Origin: Dubosiella newyorkensis
GTDB taxonomy: Bacteria > Bacillota_I > Bacilli_A > Erysipelotrichales > Erysipelotrichaceae
NCBI RefSeq assembly: GCF_001945605.1
Contig: NZ_MPKA01000102.1
Coordinates: forward strand, 1 to 32,000
DNA: 32,000 nt
Reading direction: 5' to 3'
Below are positions 28,858-32,000 of this stretch, in pieces. Under the pieces are notes generated by a model. The model was not told where the DNA came from. It worked only from the letters and a program-made list of their open reading frames with translations, and searched no databases. A program made the translations under genes and the position numbers. Each line of letters begins with the position of its first letter. Position 1 is the stretch's first letter.

Positions 28858-30278
28858 GTCAGTATGATGTGACGATCGGGATCGAGATCCATTGTGAATT
28901 GAAGACGAAAACGAAAATGTTTTCGAGCGCTCCTGTCTCGTTTGGGGAAGTGGCGAATACAAGTGTCAACGAGATCGACTTAGGGCATCCTGGAACGCTT
29001 CCGTGTGTGAACAAGGAGGCGGTCGCTTTAGCGATCAAAGCGTGCACGGGCACGCATTGCACGATTGATCCGCTCGTTCGTTTTGATCGTAAAAACTATT
29101 ATTATTCCGATCTTCCTAAAGGGTTTCAGATCACGCAGCAATTTTATCCGATCGGAAAAGACGGGTATGTAGAGATCGAAGTCGATGGAGAAACGAAAAA
29201 AGTCGGCTTGGAGCGGATCCATATGGAAGAGGACACGGCTAAGCAGTTCCATAAAGAGACGGGGACGTATATTGATTTCAATCGGGCTGGGGTTCCTTTG
29301 ATCGAGATCGTTTCTAAGCCAGATATGCATTCGGCCAAAGAGGCGGCAGCCTATGTGGAGACGCTTCGCAAGATCTTGTTTTACTTGAATGTTTCGGATG
29401 TGAAGATGGAAGAGGGAAGCATGCGTTGCGATGTGAATATTTCTTTGAGCGACGATCCTGAAAAGCTGGGCACGAAGGTCGAGGTCAAAAACTTGAATTC
29501 GATTTCGAATGTGCAAAAGGCGGTGCAGGCGGAGATCGAGCGTCAAAGCGCGCTTTTGGATGCGGGCGAAAAAGTGGAGCAGGCCACGAGGCGTTTTGAC
29601 GAGGCGAGCAAGACGACAGTCTTGATGCGTAAAAAAGAAGGCACGGTCGATTATAAGTATTTTCCGGAGCCGAATATTTTTCCGATCCAGCTGGATTCCG
29701 CGTGGATCGAGTCGATCCAAAATTCTTTGGAAGAGCTTCCGGATGCAAGGATCGAGAGGTTCATGGATTCGTTTGGGTTGAATGAGTACGATGCTTCCAC
29801 GCTTGTGGCGGATCGAGATATGGCGGATTTCTATGAAGAAGTGATGAAGACGACAAAAGATGGTAAAAAGGCGGCCAATTGGGTGCTTGGCGATCTTTCG
29901 GCTTGGATGAACAAGCACAATCGAAAGTTTGACGCAATGCCTGTGCCGGCTAGCTATCTTTCGAGTTTGATCGAAGTGATCCAGTCGGGCAAGATCAGCG
30001 GAAAGCAAGGAAAGAGCGTCTTCGAAAAGATGATGGAAGGAAAAGATCCTCTTCAAGTCATTCAAGAGGAGGGCATGGAGCAGATGTCGGATGATTCGGC
30101 TTTGTTGGCGATCGTCGATTCTGTTTTGGATGCCAATCCGCAATCGATCGCGGACTATAAAAATGGAAAGGATCGCGCGATCGGCTTCTTGGTCGGTCAG
30201 GTCATGAAAGCTTCGAAAGGAAAGGCGAATCCTAAGAAGACGAATGAACTTATTCGTGAGCAGCTTCAAAAACGATAA
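28854..30278 (+). CDS. gatB: Asp/Glu-tRNA amidotransferase subunit B
   Basis: Track ORF trimmed to ATG 28854, which overlaps the gatA stop (ATGA). The N-terminus MSQYDVTIGIEIHCEL is typical of GatB. Confidence 0.93.
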   Translation: MSQYDVTIGIEIHCELKTKTKMFSSAPVSFGEVANTSVNEIDLGHPGTLPCVNKEAVALAIKACTGTHCTIDPLVRFDRKNYYYSDLPKGFQITQQFYPIGKDGYVEIEVDGETKKVGLERIHMEEDTAKQFHKETGTYIDFNRAGVPLIEIVSKPDMHSAKEAAAYVETLRKILFYLNVSDVKMEEGSMRCDVNISLSDDPEKLGTKVEVKNLNSISNVQKAVQAEIERQSALLDAGEKVEQATRRFDEASKTTVLMRKKEGTVDYKYFPEPNIFPIQLDSAWIESIQNSLEELPDARIERFMDSFGLNEYDASTLVADRDMADFYEEVMKTTKDGKKAANWVLGDLSAWMNKHNRKFDAMPVPASYLSSLIEVIQSGKISGKQGKSVFEKMMEGKDPLQVIQEEGMEQMSDDSALLAIVDSVLDANPQSIADYKNGKDRAIGFLVGQVMKASKGKANPKKTNELIREQLQKR

Positions 30279-30288
30279 AGGTTGTAAG

Positions 30289-30316
30289 GCGGAAAGCGTT
30301 TGGTTTCCGCTTTTTT
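30289..30316 (+). terminator. rho-independent terminator after gatB
   Basis: gcggaaa (30289-30295) pairs with tttccgc (30304-30310), followed by a T6 run. Confidence 0.75.
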
Positions 30317-30363
30317 CGTGGTATGATAACTAGAGAGTTTGAATTCGTTTGAGGAGGTTTTTT

Positions 30364-30957
30364 ATGCCTGAATTGAAAAAGATAAAGAAAAAGGTCAAAG
30401 CGCCCAAGTCGCAGAAGGTCAAGCAAGGTCATAAGCTTGTCTGGCTGACGTTGATCATTATCGCGATCCCTTGTGTTCTTGTGGGGTACGTGCTGATCAC
30501 GAGCATGGGCCAGCAAAATCAGCCAGTGATCGGCTCGCGCTTTGATCGGGGCGATATCGATCCGAAGATCAGCGAGGATCAGCTCAATCAGATCCAGCAA
30601 AGCTTGAGCGAGATCGGGGGCGTGGAAGGCGTGAGTGTCGATTTGAAGTCGGCGACGCTTCGCGCGCATTTGAATATTGCGGATGACGCGAGTCAGGATA
30701 GTGTCAACGCGATCGTGGAGGACGCGTATAACCGGATCGCCCAGATCCTTCCGATCGAGCAATATTTTACCAACAACGAGAATGGCAAGATGTATGATCT
30801 TGAAGTGGATGGGTATAATTACTTGGTGGATGAGGCGCATCCTCAAGAGAGCCAGATCTATATCAAGATCACGAAAACGGGCGCGGGGGAGAGAGTGGTG
30901 GATATTCTTAGCCAGCCAAAGGATCAAGACCTCGTTAATCAGATCGTACGAGGCTAA
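30364..30957 (+). CDS. single-pass membrane-anchored protein, unknown function
   Basis: Track ORF trimmed to ATG 30364, with SD gaggagg at 30350-30356. It has a Lys-rich N-terminus, one TM (LVWLTLIIIAIPCVLVGYVLI) and an extracytoplasmic domain of about 140 aa. Confidence 0.7.
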   Translation: MPELKKIKKKVKAPKSQKVKQGHKLVWLTLIIIAIPCVLVGYVLITSMGQQNQPVIGSRFDRGDIDPKISEDQLNQIQQSLSEIGGVEGVSVDLKSATLRAHLNIADDASQDSVNAIVEDAYNRIAQILPIEQYFTNNENGKMYDLEVDGYNYLVDEAHPQESQIYIKITKTGAGERVVDILSQPKDQDLVNQIVRG

Positions 30958-30980
30958 AGAGCGTGTGCGCTCTTTTTTTT
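30956..30980 (+). terminator. rho-independent terminator
   Basis: agagcg (30958-30963) pairs with cgctct (30968-30973), followed by a T-run to 30980. Confidence 0.65.
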
Positions 30981-30996
30981 GATAGGAGTAAGATGC

Positions 30997-31656
30997 ATGG
31001 TCAATATTTTGATGAATACGAGTATGATCGACGAGGCGTGGTGCTTTCCAATCTTGAGGCGGTATATCAAGCCGAATATGAAAGTGTGTGTGGTGGCGCT
31101 CTCGTTTTTTGACGACACGAAAACCCAAGCGGATTGGAACAAGCAATACCAAAAGGGGAGCGGGATCTGGTATCGCGCCAATCACGATGTCTTTTTTAAA
31201 TATGGGATCAAGGATGAAGATATTTCTTGGATCAACTATTTTCAAGACTCGAAGGAAGCGATGAAGGAAAAGATCGAAAGCGCGGATCTTGTTTTGTTTA
31301 CGGGAGGGGCGCCTGATCTGATGATGAAGCGGATCAAAGAGAAGAAGCTTAAAAAAGCGCTCCAGCAATTTGATGGAGTCATTATTGGCTATAGCGCGGG
31401 CGCGATGATCCAGCTGGATGAATATCATATTAGTCCAGATCCAGATTATCCAAGTTTTTCTTATGAACGTGGCTTAGCGTATCAAAACGATTTTGATATC
31501 GAAGTGCATTATGATCAAACGAAGACGCAGCTTGCTTCGATCAAGCGTGTCTTAGAGGAAAAGAAAAAGCCAGTCTATGCGATCTATGAGAAGGGTGGTT
31601 TGATCGTAGAGGAAACGGGGATCACGTGTTTTGGTAAAGTCGATTTGTTTGAATGA
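30997..31656 (+). CDS. peptidase S51 / type 1 glutamine amidotransferase-like protein
   Basis: Track ORF trimmed to ATG 30997, with SD aggag at 30984-30988. The S51-like pattern is present (LVLFTGGAPDLMM ... IIGYSAGAMI). Confidence 0.6.
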   Translation: MVNILMNTSMIDEAWCFPILRRYIKPNMKVCVVALSFFDDTKTQADWNKQYQKGSGIWYRANHDVFFKYGIKDEDISWINYFQDSKEAMKEKIESADLVLFTGGAPDLMMKRIKEKKLKKALQQFDGVIIGYSAGAMIQLDEYHISPDPDYPSFSYERGLAYQNDFDIEVHYDQTKTQLASIKRVLEEKKKPVYAIYEKGGLIVEETGITCFGKVDLFE

Positions 31657-31684
31657 GTTTTGAGGTTTCTTCATTAAAAAATGG

Positions 31685-31712
31685 AAGCGTGTTTGTGATC
31701 AACACGCTTTTT
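31685..31712. terminator. bidirectional terminator between convergent genes
   Basis: aagcgtgtt (31685-31693) pairs with aacacgctt (31701-31709). An A6 run lies upstream and a T5 run downstream. Confidence 0.7.
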
Positions 31713-32000
31713 ATGTTTGGGAAAACTGAAGATATTGGATCCAGCAGGCTTGGATCATCGAAGCGTTTTTATAGTCCTCGATCGATCGATAATACGCAGT
31801 CAAGAACGGATAGAGGATCATTTCGAGTTCAACATCACGGAAATCAGGCAGTTGATTTAAGAGGCGTTCAATAAGAAGAGCAGGAAGCAGCTTGTTTTCG
31901 ATTCTTTTTTCAAGTAGAACGAAAAACTGCTGGATAAAGTCTGTTCGTGGACTGGATGAAAAAAGAGCGCGGAATTCGAGGATGGATTGACGGGCTTCTT
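31711..32000 (-). CDS. 3' part of a gene truncated by the window edge (helical, possibly the C-terminal domain of a TetR-like regulator)
   Basis: Not in the ORF track because it has no in-window start. My own minus-strand translation from 31998 gives 95 stop-free codons (EARQSILEFRALF...LPDFRDVELEMILYPFLTAYYRSIEDYKNASMIQACWIQYLQFSQT) ending at TAA 31713-31711, right at the terminator. The family assignment is weak. Confidence 0.5.
   Translation of the reverse strand, partial: EARQSILEFRALFSSSPRTDFIQQFFVLLEKRIENKLLPALLIERLLNQLPDFRDVELEMILYPFLTAYYRSIEDYKNASMIQACWIQYLQFSQT

Noticed and set aside
29028-30269. 413-aa minus-strand ORF opposite gatB. Similar long opposite-strand ORFs: 1336-2238, 2741-3367, 20853-21638, 22262-23131, 24015-24803 and 30250-31428.
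   Set aside because: All lie in the exact codon register of clearly identifiable genes on the other strand. Their products are low-complexity D/R/I/L/F/H-rich sequences. They lack an RBS, and one spans two genes and a terminator. They are shadow ORFs caused by avoidance of TTA, CTA and TCA codons. The phenomenon is reported as a finding, but the ORFs are not called as genes.
31653-31874. 73-aa plus-strand ORF whose ATG overlaps the stop of the S51-like gene (ATGA).
   Set aside because: It runs straight through a terminator hairpin (31685-31712) and is Ser/Arg/Gly-rich and not protein-like. The opposite strand carries a better 95-codon open frame that ends at the terminator.

Overview
This is a 32-kb chromosomal segment from a Gram-positive, Bacillota-like bacterium. 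Evidence for that placement: strong GGAGG-type ribosome-binding sites, lipoproteins, an LCP protein, and the conserved pcrA-ligA-camS-gatCAB backbone.

Gene order:
- TRAP large permease and uxaC (hexuronate use), then a DagK/YegS-type lipid kinase.
- A roughly 7.3-kb, more AT-rich accessory module (3854-11144), bracketed by bidirectional terminators. On the minus strand it carries an OmpR-type response regulator, a histidine kinase, an ABC ATPase and an ABC-2 permease. On the plus strand it carries three small membrane proteins, a BlaI-like repressor, a sensor-less BlaR1/M56 protease and a 67-aa secreted protein.
- A translationally coupled MarR and iron alcohol dehydrogenase pair, divergent from TfoX-like and PNPOx-like genes.
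- An RlmI-like SAM methyltransferase, divergent from an AlbA_2/Schlafen-HATPase_c_4-wHTH gene that is preceded by six 11-bp-phased repeats.
- A lipoprotein plus an acidic 389-aa protein of unknown function.
- A bile-salt-hydrolase-family gene and an LCP protein.
- pcrA, ligA, camS, gatC, gatA, gatB; then a membrane-anchored unknown, a peptidase-S51-like protein, and a convergent partial gene missing from the ORF track.

I recognised no rRNA, tRNA, CRISPR array, transposase or integrase.

The most interesting observations are these:
1. A 25-nt inverted repeat gives the divergent response-regulator and small-membrane-protein operons nearly identical translation-initiation regions. It also brackets a 248-bp AT-rich segment, making that segment a candidate invertible or promoter-swap switch.
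2. Phased ATCTTAATTT direct repeats and a promoter sit so that initiation would start inside the kinase terminator hairpin, just upstream of the ABC genes.
3. The TGAAGT repeat array has a promoter embedded in it.
4. GATC is 3-6 fold over-represented by my spot counts across most of the window. Separately, codons TTA/CTA/TCA are almost absent in core genes, which produces antisense shadow ORFs of up to 413 codons that share the sense codon register.

All family calls come from reading the sequences by eye. No searches were run.
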